Source: Amoebophrya sp. A120
Lineage: Eukaryota; Protista; Dinoflagellata
Direction of reading: 5' to 3'
Length of the DNA stretch: 64,000 bases
Assembly: GCA_905178155.1 (NCBI GenBank)
Contig: CAJINV010000012.1
Span: 2,701,765 to 2,765,764, forward strand
The notes beneath the pieces are model-generated. The model saw only the letters and a program-made list of their open reading frames with translations. It was not told the DNA's origin and searched no databases. This document shows positions 1-13,601 of the stretch, in pieces (within the stretch, counting starts at the first letter, position 1; each line of letters begins with the position of its first letter). The position numbers and the translations under genes were made by a program.

Positions 1-1355
1 TTTGCTCCGTGTCCCCGTGCCAGTTTGCGCGAGAAACCGGGCACCGCCCTCGCCCAATTCTGGGGAGGGAGCGGCTTTGCTCCGTGCGCCAGTGCGGCGG
101 ACGCTACGGCTCTGGCCGCGGCTTTGCTCCGTGTCCCCGTGCCAGTTTGCGCGAGAAACCGGGCGCCGCCCCCACCCAATTTTGGGGGGGGGGGAGCGGT
201 TTTGCTCCGTGTGCCAGTGCGGCGGAAGCGGAGGCTCTGGCCGCGGCTCTGCTCCGTGTCCCAGTCAGAGAGCCCGCGAGCCGTTTTGCCCACTAAATCG
301 CAGCTATTTTCTGCGGGATTTCTCCGACGCCCGCCGGGAGGGCGACGGGGTTTCTCCTCGGGCCTGGGAGGGGGCCGGCCCCGCAGGTCCCCGCGTGATT
401 CAGCCGCGCCCGGGGGGCCGGATTTTTTCCGTGTCCCGCCATCGGCCCCTTGTGATTTTCCAATGGGAAGGCGGGGGGGATTTAAAATTTAAAAATTAGG
501 GCTGTTTTGTAGTGTTTCTAGATTTCGCATCCCGCTTGTGTTTCTTTTGCCATTTTTGCGATTGGTGGCAAAGAAGGTCTCGGACTTGGGTTGGGGCTCG
601 TCTTTCGCGGTGGGTTTCGGGCTTTCATATTTATCCGGTTTGGCTTTCGCGACCTATTTGCCCGACTTTACCCGACTCAAAACCTACCCTGGGCCCGACT
701 TTTACCCGGCTCCCCACCCGACTCAACAGGTCGGGCTCGTTTTTTTCCCCGACCTGTCTCGGTCGTTTGGGGAGTCGGGTGGAGTCGGTTCCTGGGTCCG
801 GTCGGTTCCTGGGTAGGCTGTGCCCCCCTACCTGTTAAATCCAGTATCTCGCCCTGTTACCTACCCTGGAACCTACCCTGGGCCCGGGGTAGGAAACTCA
901 GACTTGGGCAGTTGCTGCAGTTTCAATAGGTAATAGCTTGCATTATAGTGGATCACGCAAAATATGCATGACAGACTTGGCCTCTTCCAGACCCACAGAC
1001 ACACATCGGCAAAGGATATCGCATCGGCTGGAGTCGGGTAGAGTCGGGTAAGGTCGCTTTGCCTCTCCCGGGCTATGTGCCCGACTTTACCCGACTCAAA
1101 ACCTACCCTGGACCCGACTTTTGCCCGACTCTTCACCCGACTCCACAGCTCGTGTTTGTTTCTTTACCCGAGCTGTATCGGTCGGCTGAGGAGTCGGGTT
1201 GAGTCGGTTCCTGGGTCGGTTCCTGGGTAGGCTGTACCCCCCCCCGTGTTAAATCCACTGTCCCCTCGTGTTACCTACCCCAAAACCTACCCTGGAACCT
1301 ACCCTGGAACCAGGGTAGGAATGCCATTTTTGGCTAGTTGCTGCAGTTTCAATAG
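1..1355. repeat. Nested repeat DNA: ~120-bp tandem units (1-260) and a ~280-bp direct repeat (654-929 / 1073-1355)
   Basis: tttgctccgtg recurs. Both copies of cccgactttacccgactcaaaacctaccctgg...gttgctgcagtttcaatag are visible. Confidence 0.8.
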
Positions 1356-1512
1356 TAATCTGTCTGGCATGACAGGAAAAACCTGTCATGCGCAGATAGT
1401 ACGGAAAAACGCCCTTTAATGAGCCCTACAATGCGGGCCAAGCATGACAGACGCAATCATCTAGCATGTTGCGCATCACAAATCTACACTAACAACGTTT
1501 TTTTCCTGGATA
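1356..1512. mobile_element. Right end of a family C TIR intron; left end outside the window
   Basis: Ends ...ACACTAACAACGTTTTTTTCCTGGATA next to exon 1513-1569; has GCATGACA/GCATCACA motifs. Confidence 0.65.
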
Positions 1513-4175
1513 GACAGTCGCCTTGGTCCCGCCGCGGGTCGGTTCTCGCTCGCCGCAGAGGAAAGAACCTATCAAATGCAAAAGTGTCTGGGTCTGGAAA
1601 CTTGTGACGCAAGTCCGTGAAAAGTAAGTGCCCGGTAATGCAACGCCAAGCATGACAAGTTTTTTCGTGCTCTTGTGCTGCGTATTTCGCATGAGAAACT
1701 GCGCCTTTGCATGACAGGCAAGAGGGCCTCTACTTGGTGGCCACGCAATACAGAGTGCAGAGTCATGCAAGACTAGCATGACAAACCTTGCAATCTTCCA
1801 GACCCAGACATTTTTGCATTTGATAGAACCAGAGGCGTTACCAAACTGTCCGAATTCTCTCCGCCATGCGCGTTGGACGTCGTAGTTGTCCCACCTGTTG
1901 CGGTACCCCCACCACGATCTCCAAGATCTTGTGGTGCGCTGTGCTGCACTTGCGCTGCATGATGACGACTTTGCTGCGCGGCCAACGACGAGCCGGCGTC
2001 TGCTAAAAATCCTGGAGCTCCTCCTGCGCTAGAAGTACTAGCACCTCCAGTGGCTGCCTGCCGCCGTCTGGGGTCTCGGTGGTCATCATCTAAATGCATG
2101 TTTTCTATCGCGGACGATAAATCGCGGCTTCCGCCTCGGGTTGGGACGCCAGAGGTTCTGGATGCTGTTTGGTCGCCCGCATGTTCCCCGCCAGGGGTGT
2201 AGTCCTGTTGACCACCTCCACCTCCGGCGACAATCTCTAGCGGCGATCGGTGTAGCGTGTCTATCAGACTGTCCACGCAGGTTGCCTGCGACTGCCCCGA
2301 CTGCTGCCGCGTCAGCCTCAAGGGGGACGCTTGTTCACCAGCGGCACCTTGCCCTTGGAGGAGCTGTTGATGTATACTAGCACCTTGTAGTTGATGCCCC
2401 ACCAGCCCACTTTCTAGCTGTAGTTCTCGTGCCTGCTGCTGCTGATCCCCCCGTCTGCTCCTTGGCGACGCGCCACTGCTTCTCGACAGCACAGGATCTA
2501 CTCCGGCTGTTATCCTGTGCAAAAGTAATATCGTACTCGTAGTAATTGCGCTCAATCTTGTTCTTTAGGTAAATCCGCATTACAAATTTTATTTCTGATG
2601 CTAAGGAAATTTGTATTGCATTTATACGAGTACGATACCTTTGCAGTTCATAGCTGTCGTGCCACGACTACTTAGCTCGTCCCCACAACTGCCACTCAGC
2701 AGACCACCACTTCCGTTCGGGTGGTGGTGGAGTCGCAACGGGCCGCCCCCGCCGGAGTTCACGCTGCGGCCGTTGTGCGAACTACATGATCCACCTTCTC
2801 GTTGATCCGTTTGAAGGTAACTTGCCGAACACGAATTCGCGGCCGTACCGCTGATCCCGCTGTTGCACAGACTGTTCGAGCTGGCGGTGAGTGCGCGGGT
2901 GGACTCGTTCGGACCCAACGTAGTGGAAGACCAATCCAACGGGTCTATCGGAATTTTTCCCGCGCCAGCAGTACTACTAGCTGAAGCCATACCTACACCG
3001 GTACCACGAAGTGGTGATTTCTCAACCCCGTTCACCACCAGTACTTTTGAAGAACTCGCTGCTGCCTCCCGCCTACTACACCCGACGTCCAGCTTCTGGT
3101 TTACTCCGTTCGAGGCACTGGACGCACCACCCGCACCTCCTGGTGGAGCCCCCCCGAACTCGGGCGTGGTCGACGTAGTGCCGTCGTCTGTTTTGCGCGC
3201 TCCACGCGGGTGTTGCGCGGGGGCCGCGCGCATCTGGGCCTGTCCGCCGCTGGTGGGCACGGTCTGGTCGCCGGGGGCAGAGGCTGATGACGATGTTTGC
3301 TGTAGATCATGTAGTTGTTCTTCGCCTGTGCTGTGGTTGGAAGCAGTAGAGACACCTGCTTCAGCTGTGGCTTTCGCTGTCGCGGCTCGCGGAGAGGACC
3401 TCCCGAACCACATGGCGCGCGCGAACACAATACCACCAGAAAAAGAGCGTGAAGTCGCACGGGAAGAGGAAGATCTTGCGCCGCCCTCGACTGACTCTAC
3501 TTCTGGTGGCAGGTCATCCTCTAATCCCGCTAGTTCGACGAAATTAAAATTATCGTCTTCGTCTGAAAAGCTTCGACGCGTGCTTCTCATTGAAGACGCT
3601 GTTCTGGCTGTAGTTCTAGCGCTCGCACTTATTTTTCGCTGGTCGTTCTTGTTAACGATGTTTCTCGTATAATCGAAAATCACACTCGATAGCAACGACA
3701 ACGACCCTGCGCCACCACCATTTCCTCCCCCACCTCCGAGCGCGAGACACAGCAAGCCCAGTCTCTTTCTCCACTGGTGAAACCTCTGCCTGCGCTTGTG
3801 CTTTTTCCGCGCGCCCAGGGGCAGGAGGTGGTCAACCACTAAATCCGGCTTTGTTCGTCCCGGCGCTATGTTGGCAGCACAAATTGGATTCGAGTTTCGG
3901 TCGACGATCCGCGAGGACCTGTCTAGCCTTACTGGCTCCTTCGTCTGCATTTTTGCGGACGACGAGAGCAGCATTTTTTTGGTCGTCGATTTGCTCCCTC
4001 TTCGTATGAAGATCTTCCCAGGTGCGAGGCCTCTTCCTGCGGTTTGTAGAAGATGATGAGGAAGTGATGCACTAGCGCCTCCGCCCTCGTTATACTGCGT
4101 TCGCAACTCAATTGGCTCCCTCTTTTTCTGCCGCACCGCAGGCAATGGGGCGGTAGAATTGAGGTGGACAAGCAA
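1513..4175 (-). CDS. Hypothetical low-complexity (S/A/G/T/Q-rich) protein; multi-exon, 3' end beyond the window, start uncertain (first ATG at 3974)
   Basis: ORFs 2622-4175 and 1773-2555 join in frame (GTT|AGVDPV) after removing element 2511-2652 plus one DR. Removing 1570-1825 continues as TPLV|LSSAASENRPAAGPRRL. No recognisable domain. Confidence 0.6.
1570..1825. mobile_element. TIR intron (introner), family A
   Basis: TATCAAATGCAAAA.TGTCTGGGTCTGGAA TIR; DR gaacc/gaacc. Confidence 0.9.
2511..2652. mobile_element. TIR intron, family B
   Basis: TATCCTGTGCAAAAG...TTGCAGTTCATA; DR gctgt/gctgt. Confidence 0.9.
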
Positions 4176-5847
4176 ATGACTTCCAGCAGACGAAGCGCTT
4201 CTGTGCTTCTGTAAAGGTAGTGCTATCTCCTAGCACGACGGACTACGTACCCTCTGGTGCGACCTCACAAGATAGAAGTCGCAACTAAGATGGAGCTGGC
4301 TGGACCTTGACGAGTCGGCTTCGTATCTCGGTTCCCCTTCATCACCCAGATCTTCACGATCCGTTAAAGAAACTCCTCCAGCAGGCCTCGGTAGCGCGGT
4401 TTTCGTTTTTGAACGGACGAGAGCAGGAGGACCGGATGTAATTTTTGTAAAACCGGTGGAATAGATGCAGTTAATCGTGCGCGGCTAGCATACGAAAGGT
4501 GTTGACGGTTCATAATTTGCGACCTTGGAAGAAGTTGTTTTGGTTTTCTGGTCAACATGACCCCTGTCCTTTTTGCCGTTCCGTGTGTGATGCGGAGATT
4601 ACATAGTTTCAGATAATTTCCTTCGGTAGTACTACAACTCGTATCCACGCCCGCCTGGTGCTTGTGCAGAAACATCGTAACAACCTGATTCCGCCTTGCC
4701 CTTGCTGCGATGTACTACAAGGATTCCTTTTCCATAAGGCAGGCACGACGAGGTCGTCGTACCTACTAGTATACAGTGATCATAGATCATAGACTTCGAT
4801 AGGTCGAAATCGGTCGGCGTCGGTCGCGAAAAAGTAGACAATAAATAATGTACGAATTATACAGAAGTTGGACTGACCTGGCTGACACTTCCTCGACTAC
4901 CAGAAAGACAAGAGTCTAAAGATTTCTCTTTGTCGCCTACAGATTCTTGTTTCAATGTTGAGAATGCAGCACGCAGCGACAAAAAGAACCCGCGTGGACA
5001 CAAGGATCTAGCACTGTTTGTATGTTGTATTGTACGAGTTAGTAGCAATACTTGTACCACGATTCGTCAATACAAACTGACTAATACCAGGATCTTCGTG
5101 TTTCCAGTTTTTAAACAGAGCCTGGAGCTAGACCCAACTACATGATCGCGCGGCAGCACCTGCCCTTCCTTTCGCCGGCATATCTTCATCAAAATTGAAA
5201 ATTCGCAATTTATAATATACGTAAAAGAGTAGCGCGTAGGATCCTGCATCGGAAAAAAAAGTAAACCGCCCTGGTCGCGATCTTGCTTCGTATGAGAAGA
5301 TTGATCGTTTTCTCAAAACCAAAAGTGATGAAACTACAATGAAGATTGAGATTCACGGTACGCTGCCACGAGGAAATAAAGGAGATCTTGATCTTCATGC
5401 GGAAGAAATGTGAAGATCTTTGCTCCTGGTGACCTACGGCGCATATTGAGAGAGACTTCCACCACGGTAGAAGAGTTCTAGGTCGTTCGAGAACCTGAAC
5501 TCCAATTGAGCAGCACGACGACTTTGAGCCACAACTCAAGGCAAGAACGGTGGTGCTGCAGGTCTGCTAATTCTGTTTTATTCATTTAGAAGCTCTACTA
5601 CGTTTATTGATTTACAACCTCCATTCATTGTGTTGGTCGTCCTACTCGAATCATTATCATACAGGTTCTTGGTTTTCAGAATTACCAATAGAGCCACGCA
5701 TCCGAAATATTCCTCGAAGTTTACATCTCTGTGCTGGCCTACTTAAAAGTCGAAAACAAAAAGCACAGAAACGACCACGCTCATGTTTATCAATTTATCA
5801 ACCTGTTGAAAATATTTTTGTGGAACGTTGCATGCAACTCGTAGCTA

Positions 5848-8800
5848 CTAATCCTGCAAGAACGGCGGCCGGCAGTCGCCATACTGAGCAACCCACTCTC
5901 GCCACGGCGCCGTAGTGGAGGCCGAGGTGCAGCTGCTCGTAGCTTCTTTTTCTTCGGCTTCACCGTTGTCAGACTCTTGTTCCACCACGCAACCGCGCAC
6001 AGTGTCTTCATTCTTCCCCATCAACAATGCTCTGTTCCCAAACACGACCACCATCTCCTTCGCCCTTGTCAGAGCCACGTTCATCCTTCTTTTGTCCTAT
6101 CCCACGAAAAAACTGTTTCACTGTGATGATTTTGCAATATCTGCATCACAAGTTTGCTACACATGACGCGGAAAACTTGCCATGCGCGCTTCCGAAGGGA
6201 ATAAAACACGCTTGAAACTCCAATGTTCTATGCAGGTGTAGCAAGACGAACACCTTGGTGCTTCGTTCTCTGCATCACAAGTTCACAGTGAAACAGTTTT
6301 TTCTTGCGATATGTCCGTCAGAAATCCCAATCTTTTCGTACGCACGAGAGAAAGCAAGACGATGTCTGCTTCCGAGCCCTGAAAGCCGTCGATGGTGGAG
6401 CAGGTGATTTTTGACGAGATCTTCGTTTTCTTGTTTTTCGGTACTTCTTCTGCAGCTTCTTGCTCTTCACGCAGCAGGAGACCTTGAATCAACTGCTGCT
6501 GTGCTACGTAAGGGGTGAGAATCGCGATTCTACCAGCAACCGCTGTAACAAGTCCAAGTTCGTCCATTCTCTCCACCAACAGTCTGGCGTATTGCACGAC
6601 TATCCGTGCTTCGCCTTGGTTTTTCTTACTGCCTGTGTGGAGGTTATGGCGTTCTCAAACGTTACATTCTCAACTGTTACATGAAATTTGTCATGCAAGA
6701 ACAGCAACAACCGAAGAGGCAAGATTGCTGCTTTCGCATCACAGATTTGGCAGAGATTTAGTTCCTGTTTAGCCCTTCGGAGGTTTGTCATGCGTGGCCG
6801 CTGGATCATCTGGAGGTTTTAGGTAGTTTTGCATGGCAAATCCGTGTAACAGTTGAGAATGTAACAGTTGAGAACGCCATAGAGGTCGACGGATTCTTGG
6901 AACAAGGTCGTCGTCGCGTCCTCCGTCTCTTTGCAGTCAGGGTCGGCTTTTTGTAGTTTTTTGCGCTCGCTTTTCCGAGAAGCAATAAAACCAAAAGTTG
7001 TAGTCTCAACTACATTATCGCTGCCGGTGTCGCCGTTGATGTCCTTTCGAGAAAAAAATTTTTCACACGAAGAGCAGGAGTCCACAAAGGCCACACGGTT
7101 AATAAGAGATTGCTCTTGCACCTCAGGTCGTTGTAAAAACGTGCCGGTCGTTCTTGATGTCGTTTCATCAGGTAGGTCACCTCGTTTCATCTTCAAAGGC
7201 GGTTCTTTCATGTCGCAGTACATTTTGCAGTCGTCCGCGTCGCTGATGGAAGATGAACTACACGACGTGGTTGTCGGAAGCGCCAGCACTTGCGCCGTTT
7301 TATTCTCACTTGTGCTACTAGTATCCTGAGGCTCGTCAACATCCTGAGGCTCTAAAAGTTCGTCCTGGCAGCAGCTGCTTGTTGCTCCTAGCACATCAGG
7401 ATTACAACTACCCTTGTCATCAACATCTTCAGCTGACCTCAGGCTTCCTCCGTAGAAGCACTGGTTTGGAAACTTCAGGATGTCCGGGTGCATGCGTCTC
7501 TGCGTCACTAGTTCCGTCACTTCAACAGAAGGTCCTCGCGGCGCAGTATCATTACAACCAGCGGAGGAAAAATCTATTTCTCCAGAACGGGCACTACTAC
7601 TTCTAGTAGACCCGGCCGGTCGTTCATGTTCTACCGCCACAAGTCTGTCGAAAAGAGTCGTCGCGAGGCTAAGTCTGTCGGATACAACTCCTGCCCCTCC
7701 TCTGCGCGGCGAAGCTGGCTGCAGCTGCTCAGAAACAACGACATTTTCTTGCAGCAAGACGGTCGGTGGCAACTGCATCGGGTCTCCGATCAGAACCAGA
7801 TCGTTGCAATTTCTACCCAGCGCAATCAGGGTGGACAGCTCCGTGGACTGCTATGAACTGCAAAAGTATCGTACTAGTATAAATTGCATTACAAATCAGC
7901 CCAGCATTACAAATTTGATTTGTAATGCTGATTTACCTTGAGAACGAGATTTGTAATGCATAAATGCAATTACTACGAGTACGATACTTTTGCACAGGAT
8001 AACTGCGTGGCTTCGTCGATGATCACACGCGGAAAAGACACATTTGCAAAAACCGGGTGTCCGACTCCGCAGCAAGTGGTCACAATGACCTGGACGTTTT
8101 CGATTTCATTCCGCCACTCCTGCAGCTTCTGGGCGTAGGACTTATTTTTTGCATTTATTTTGCGAGGAAAGGAGCTGAGTCGCATCGTGGAACTCGCCTG
8201 GGATGCACCCTTGTGCTTCTTGTCAGGTAAAACCAAAACCGCTTGCTGTAGTTCTTCCGGCGCCGAGTTGATGGAGCGAAACCGCAATGCCCCGATGTTG
8301 TGATGGGTTCGCAAGTGGTGGTAAAAGTTGTCGGCCGCAACGTTGCTGTCGGCGACGCACAGAATCTTCTTGTTGTTTCTCTGCTGGTGTCCTCTTTCGC
8401 CGGCAGGCGATACTTGGTAGTGGTCTATGTTATCCGGTTGTAGGTTTTGTCCGAATCCTTCTTGAAGATCTTGATTTTTCCATTCCTGCACAGTCGTGCA
8501 CGCTGTCCAGGTTTTTCCCGTTCCGGGCGGTCCAAACACCTTTCGCACCCTACAACTTGATGACCGGTCTGGCTTGCGAGACGACGTCTTCAAGTGCGGT
8601 GAGAAACGACCTCCGCAGGCTTTATTTTTTGCATTTGCTTCTTCGTCTTTATTCCCTGTGGTCCCCGTCCCGGCAGCAGGAGTTCTTAATGAACCATCAG
8701 GCGCACTGTGTTCCTCTGATACACTGTAGTTATTGCTTTGACGCAAGAACATTACCTCGTGCAAAAACCGGCGATCGTATTGGAGTTGCATCAAATTTTG

Positions 8801-11800
8801 CTGTTCCGCGAACGGGAGTGTAGCCCTCGTATTCCTGGACGACGAAAGTAAAGCTCCCGCACTGCATTTATCGTGCTCCGCAACTCCTGGTCCTACACCT
8901 GCTGAACCCCCACCGGACGAGCCCCCTCCCCAACCTACGCAACTCATTTCCAGTGTCATTCGCTTGTAGCTTTGCACGTTCAAACACGCGGCGCGCAGCG
9001 CAGCCACCTGTCGCGCGGCCGTGGTTTCCGACGAAAGAGGGTGGACCTCGACTCTTACGGTAGTACCTTTTGATGGGGTATGTTGTATTCTAATTTTTTG
9101 CGTGTCTACTGCTGTGTCGGAAAAGCACGAGCTGCCGAAAAGCGATATTCGATCCTCCTCCTCCTCGTCGCTAATTTCATCTCCCTGTGCAGCAGCGGAG
9201 GATAATATCTGGTCGAGGGATAAAGAACTATTTGCTTCTTCTACCGGGAGTTGTAGTTGTAATCCGGGGGTTCTGTGCTCATGTAAAACTTCCGTATTAT
9301 CTCGGCTTCTGTGACCTTTCAGAAGAACGTGGTCTTGGTGCGAAGAAGATTCATCTAGCAACTGCACGTAGAGCCTACCGGTTCTGATGTTCTGTGGCAA
9401 CATGTTGACACCACCTGCGACGTGTGCAGACTTGTTCCTGGACACGGCGACCCCTCGATCAGCATTTACTGTACCTGAAATCCCTCCTGATGTTGCATTT
9501 TCTTTCCGCAGTACGCGTGCTAAAACATTTATGCACATGCTGTTGGTTGTGGTCCCAGCACTCCTTGATGATGACGCAGAGGGGCTCCTGCAAGGCGAAT
9601 TTGTAAGTGGTGCTGGCGTCCTGGGGACAAGAGGCCCCTCTGTACTTTCCTCGACCATACAATTTCTGACCACGCGCAGCAACACAATGTCGTTTTTCTG
9701 GAACTGATTTTCAGGAAAGGAATAAGGCGTATTGGTTTGCGGATCGTTGTCCTCGACGTCCCCCGGCTTTCCGAAGCTGCCTTCCTCCTCCTGAGGCAAA
9801 ACGTTCAGGGAGAGAAATGGGGATACAAACTCGCCGACCGAAGTCTGCACAACGACTCCTCCTGTCATGGATGAATCACCTCCGACCAGATGATCATCTT
9901 CGTCCTCGCACGCAACTTCTACCGCTGAGTTTCTTGAAAGTGAAAGAGCACCAGATCTTCTCGGGTCCTCCTCGTCGTGTGTCAAAACTCGTTGTAGTGC
10001 AACGCCCATTTTGGCCTGCAACGCCAAGTCCAGTCCAGTTTTCCTTTCCAGCGCTGCCAAAACCCGAAACTTTCGGAAGTATTCCATCGCTGCCTCGTTC
10101 TCGAACTCTGTCACGAGCAGGTTGGCGCTGCGCAGCAGTGGAAGCAGTACAGCGACGGAAGGGTCGTTGCAGGACTTCCCGAAGGAGGAGTCGCTTACGT
10201 CCTTGCCATGATCTTGTTTCTCGGCGTCACGCGGCGGGTTCGTGATCTTCTCTATATCGGGGGCACTAGAACTAGAAGAGCTACCCATATCAAAATAAGA
10301 AGAAGAAGAAGAACTACGAGCAGCAGTCACAGTCTCAGGACGAGATACAACGTCTTCTAACAACATTTCCCACGTGCTCGGATCCAAGGCTATTGTACTT
10401 CGTGACACATCAGCAGAATCTGGTCGGTCGGAGCTTGATGTCGCTGTCTTTCTTGTCCGCCGTCGGCACAACTCATCGTCGTCTTCTTGCTGTAATACTA
10501 AGTCCCGCAGCACCTTCTCCCTGCACGATGTTGGGTTGTAAGCTTCTGCTGAGGACATCATATTGGCCCTGTTTTCGTTGAAGACATTGGCCTCCAAAGT
10601 AGAACCTCCGCCTCCCTCTCCGGCAGAAGTCCTACATCTATGATGGTAAAGCGCGGCAACCTCGTCACACCGCTTCGCCAGGCTCCAAATTTCGGGTAGG
10701 CAGAGAGAAAGGAAACCCGCGGACCTCTTCTGTAGTTGAACAGCTTCAGTGGCAGAGGTACCTCCAGGCGCCGGCCGATCCTGCTCCTGAAAAGTCGCAA
10801 TCCACTTTTCTGCAGACTTGAGAATTCTCTCAAAGTTGGAAACTAATCTAGTACGTTCTCGGTTCATATTCTCCACCTCGTCGCCCTGTCGTGCAGCGTG
10901 GCGCATTTTTTGTGCGATCAACATCCTGTCAACACGCTGCCTTGTTGCCCCGGCAAAAATGGTATCCGTCCCTCGGTCCTCTTCCTTCTTACACAGAGCC
11001 CGGATCTGCGCTCCTTTCTGGCGGTCGAGCAAGCTTATCTCCGAATTTATCAAATTCACTTTCTTCAGCATCTGCTCCACCGCACTGGTTCTCGCGAGGT
11101 CGGCGGTCTTCCCGAGCCCGCGGGTCATGAAGGACGGATTAGAAGTCTTTTTCATTTGTTCTTGCGCAGTCGCAGATGAAGTCGTCGTCGTTTTAGTACC
11201 GTTTCGGTCCTCGGCGCCACCAGGACGAGAAGCAGACACTTTCGGTTTCAGGATCCACTGGAGACTGTGGATGTAGGAGTGCTGCTGGTTCATCTTGCTG
11301 TCAAATGACTTTCTTGTGCACGAGCCCGTCGTTTCTTCAACAACATGGTCGTGCTGCGAAGCGGCAGCTGGGTGCTGCTCGGGTGTTGTTGCATAGAAGC
11401 TCGACGACATGTTGGTCGAAGCAAGAGTAGTAGAACTCGAAGTAGATGTAGTTCGTTGTGAAGTGAGAATCTTCACCGACGATTCCTTCACTTCGATACG
11501 ATTCGTTCCGCCCTTTCGGGGACCGGGTTTTGATGTTCTAGCTCCAACGATAACGTCGTGCATCTTCAGCAACATGCGCCGGTCTTCCTCAGGGTAGTTT
11601 GAAGATACCAGTGCAAGATCATGAGCCCCCAGTAGATCAACATTGGTAGAAGTTCCTGCACGACGTCCACCAGCTGCAGTGTCGACGGCCGGATCAGGAT
11701 CAGGATCTTCTCGTACTAATATACAACCAGTTTGATGGCGCCGCCCGGAAGGATGTTTCATCGCAGCAGATGCAGATGATGATGCGGGTACAAGAACTTG

Positions 11801-12163
11801 TTCTTTTGCACAAGAACCAACATGGAGGGGGCTGACAACTCTAACTGGTCGACGTGTAGAAGCAGATGAGGTGGCTGTGAAAGTTCTTGTGCCGACGTTG
11901 AACAACCTTGTGGTTCGACAAGAAGAACTACACCTGCGAAGATCTCCTCCATGAAGATCTCCTGGCGGACGAGCACCACTGCGTAGTTCGTTTCCTCGTG
12001 CCTGGTGTGCTGCTGGCACTGAAAGCACAGAAGTACTGCACCAACGACCACACGACCACCGTCTGCTGGCAGCTTCTGATGCAGGAGTAGTTGCAGCTAG
12101 AGGTACTAGAGCTACTCCATCGTCATACAACAAGCTTCTACTTGTTGTTTTTACACGTCGCAT
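5848..12163 (-). CDS. Upf1/NAM7/DNA2-like superfamily 1 helicase; 4 exons, 1899 aa, long low-complexity N-terminus
   Basis: Motifs: Walker A GPPGTGKT, ADSNVAADN, VIIDEATQ|STELSTLI, LIGDPMQLPP, TQRRMHP, SKKNQGEA, ILTPYVAQ, TIDGFQGSEADIV, FLTD|KRRMNVALTRAK. Exons sum to 5700 nt after removing three elements plus one DR each. Confidence 0.9.
6098..6311. mobile_element. TIR intron, family I
   Basis: TATCCCACGAAAAAACTGTTTCACTGTGA TIR; DR tgtcc/tgtcc; lies just before helicase motif VI. Confidence 0.92.
6645..6881. mobile_element. TIR intron, family D
   Basis: TATGGCGTTCTCAA TIR; DR gaggt/gaggt. Confidence 0.92.
7852..8001. mobile_element. TIR intron, family B (opposite orientation to 2511)
   Basis: TATGAACTGCAAAAGTATCGTACT...TTTTGCACAGGATA; DR actgc/actgc; splits DEATQ|S. 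Confidence 0.92.
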
Positions 12164-13039
12164 CCTTTCTCGTTGTGTTCTTTCCCAGGTTTATTTTCTG
12201 CTTTACCGCTGCTCGTTGCACCTCTGCTTCACGCTTGTGGACTCCTCGCCGCCACAGGGGCTGAAGGTTTATCACGATTGTTGTGTACAACGAAATTTAT
12301 AATTATTTCGTCATTGCGAGTTTATAATTCTTTTTTGCGACGAGAACACACAGACATTGATCATCCGGACTATGTATCCTTCATCATCGATCACAGAATC
12401 AAGCCAGCAGACGCACGTTACCCATCAACATTGCTGCCATGCTAATATCCCCTTTCACCATATTGGATCGCAAAACACAACTTCGCCGAAGATCTACTTC
12501 ACGGGAAAGAACAGGAAACGGAAACTCTACTCGCTTAAACCGACTTTGAAGAAAGTTCGCATTTTTATACTGAACATCTTTTTAATGCCATGGTTGGAGT
12601 TGTCTCTTGTAGGGCGACAAGAACGACGAGAGCAGTCGCGTGGTCCCTGAAGCGACATATTTGGCCGGATAATTTTTTTAGTCTTTTTAATCTTAAATTT
12701 AAAGCACGCATTATAGTCAACGGGGTTCAGGTTCATCTCCTCCATGATGAAGCAGCTGCAGGAGGAGCTGTTCTCCTCCATTTATTTCGACTACACCGCA
12801 ACAAACAACAAAGAACAGCTCCACATGTAGTTCGTACCTCCTGACTTTTTGTTTTCTCCCCCTGCTGCCGTTCTTCTTCATCTACATCTACTACTTCTTA
12901 GCATCGACTATAATTGTGCTGGGTGAGACTGAGTACGAGTACTAGGGTGAGACACAATAATAAAGGAATGGAATTGCATATGCGCTTCTCAAGGTCGTGA
13001 GCGGACAAGCCTTCCACATACTGTAATGTAGATCCCTGA

Positions 13040-13275
13040 TATGGCATTCTCAACTGTGACATTCTCAACTGTTACATGAATTTGTCATGCAAAAGTACCT
13101 TGAGCCGGCAGATGATCGAGCTGCTTCGCATGACAAATTTCGGAAGGGCTAGACAGCATCTAAATCTGCGCCAAACTTGTAATGCAAAAGGCGCAATCTT
13201 CCTCCTTTCACTTTTGCCAGTCTTGCATTACAAATTCATGCAACAGTTGAGAATGTAACATTTGAGAACTCCATA
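13040..13275. mobile_element. TIR element, family D, outside a confident CDS
   Basis: TATGGCATTCTCAA...TTGAGAACTCCATA; DR cctga/cctga. Confidence 0.88.
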
Positions 13276-13322
13276 CCTGAAGGTGAATGCTTGTGAAGTG
13301 GTGACGTACACCGCCGCACCCC

Positions 13323-13601
13323 TATCCTGTGTAAAAAAGTCCCCACCCCAGAGTTGTCATGCAAATGTGCAATGACAGGAACGTTTGTAATGCACATCTC
13401 CTTGAGAGGCATTTCCAGTCGTGTTTTGGAACTTGTAATGCTGTAAACAGAATGAGTAAATGGCTTTCTCATGCGGCTTTCCTTGCCAACCAGCATTACA
13501 CTGCACATGGAAACTTGTCATGCAGAACTCCCAAAACTTGGAGATTTGTGTTGCAGATTTCCCATCTTGACTATGGTGTGGCGACGTTTTTACGTAGGAT
13601 A
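13323..13601. mobile_element. TIR element, family E, outside a confident CDS
   Basis: TATCCTGTGTAAAAA...TTTTTACGTAGGATA; DR acccc/acccc. Confidence 0.88.

Noticed and set aside
2863-3672. Plus-strand 269-aa ORF and similar antisense ORFs over the helicase and PI4K exons
   Set aside because: Antisense shadows of GC-rich minus-strand coding exons.
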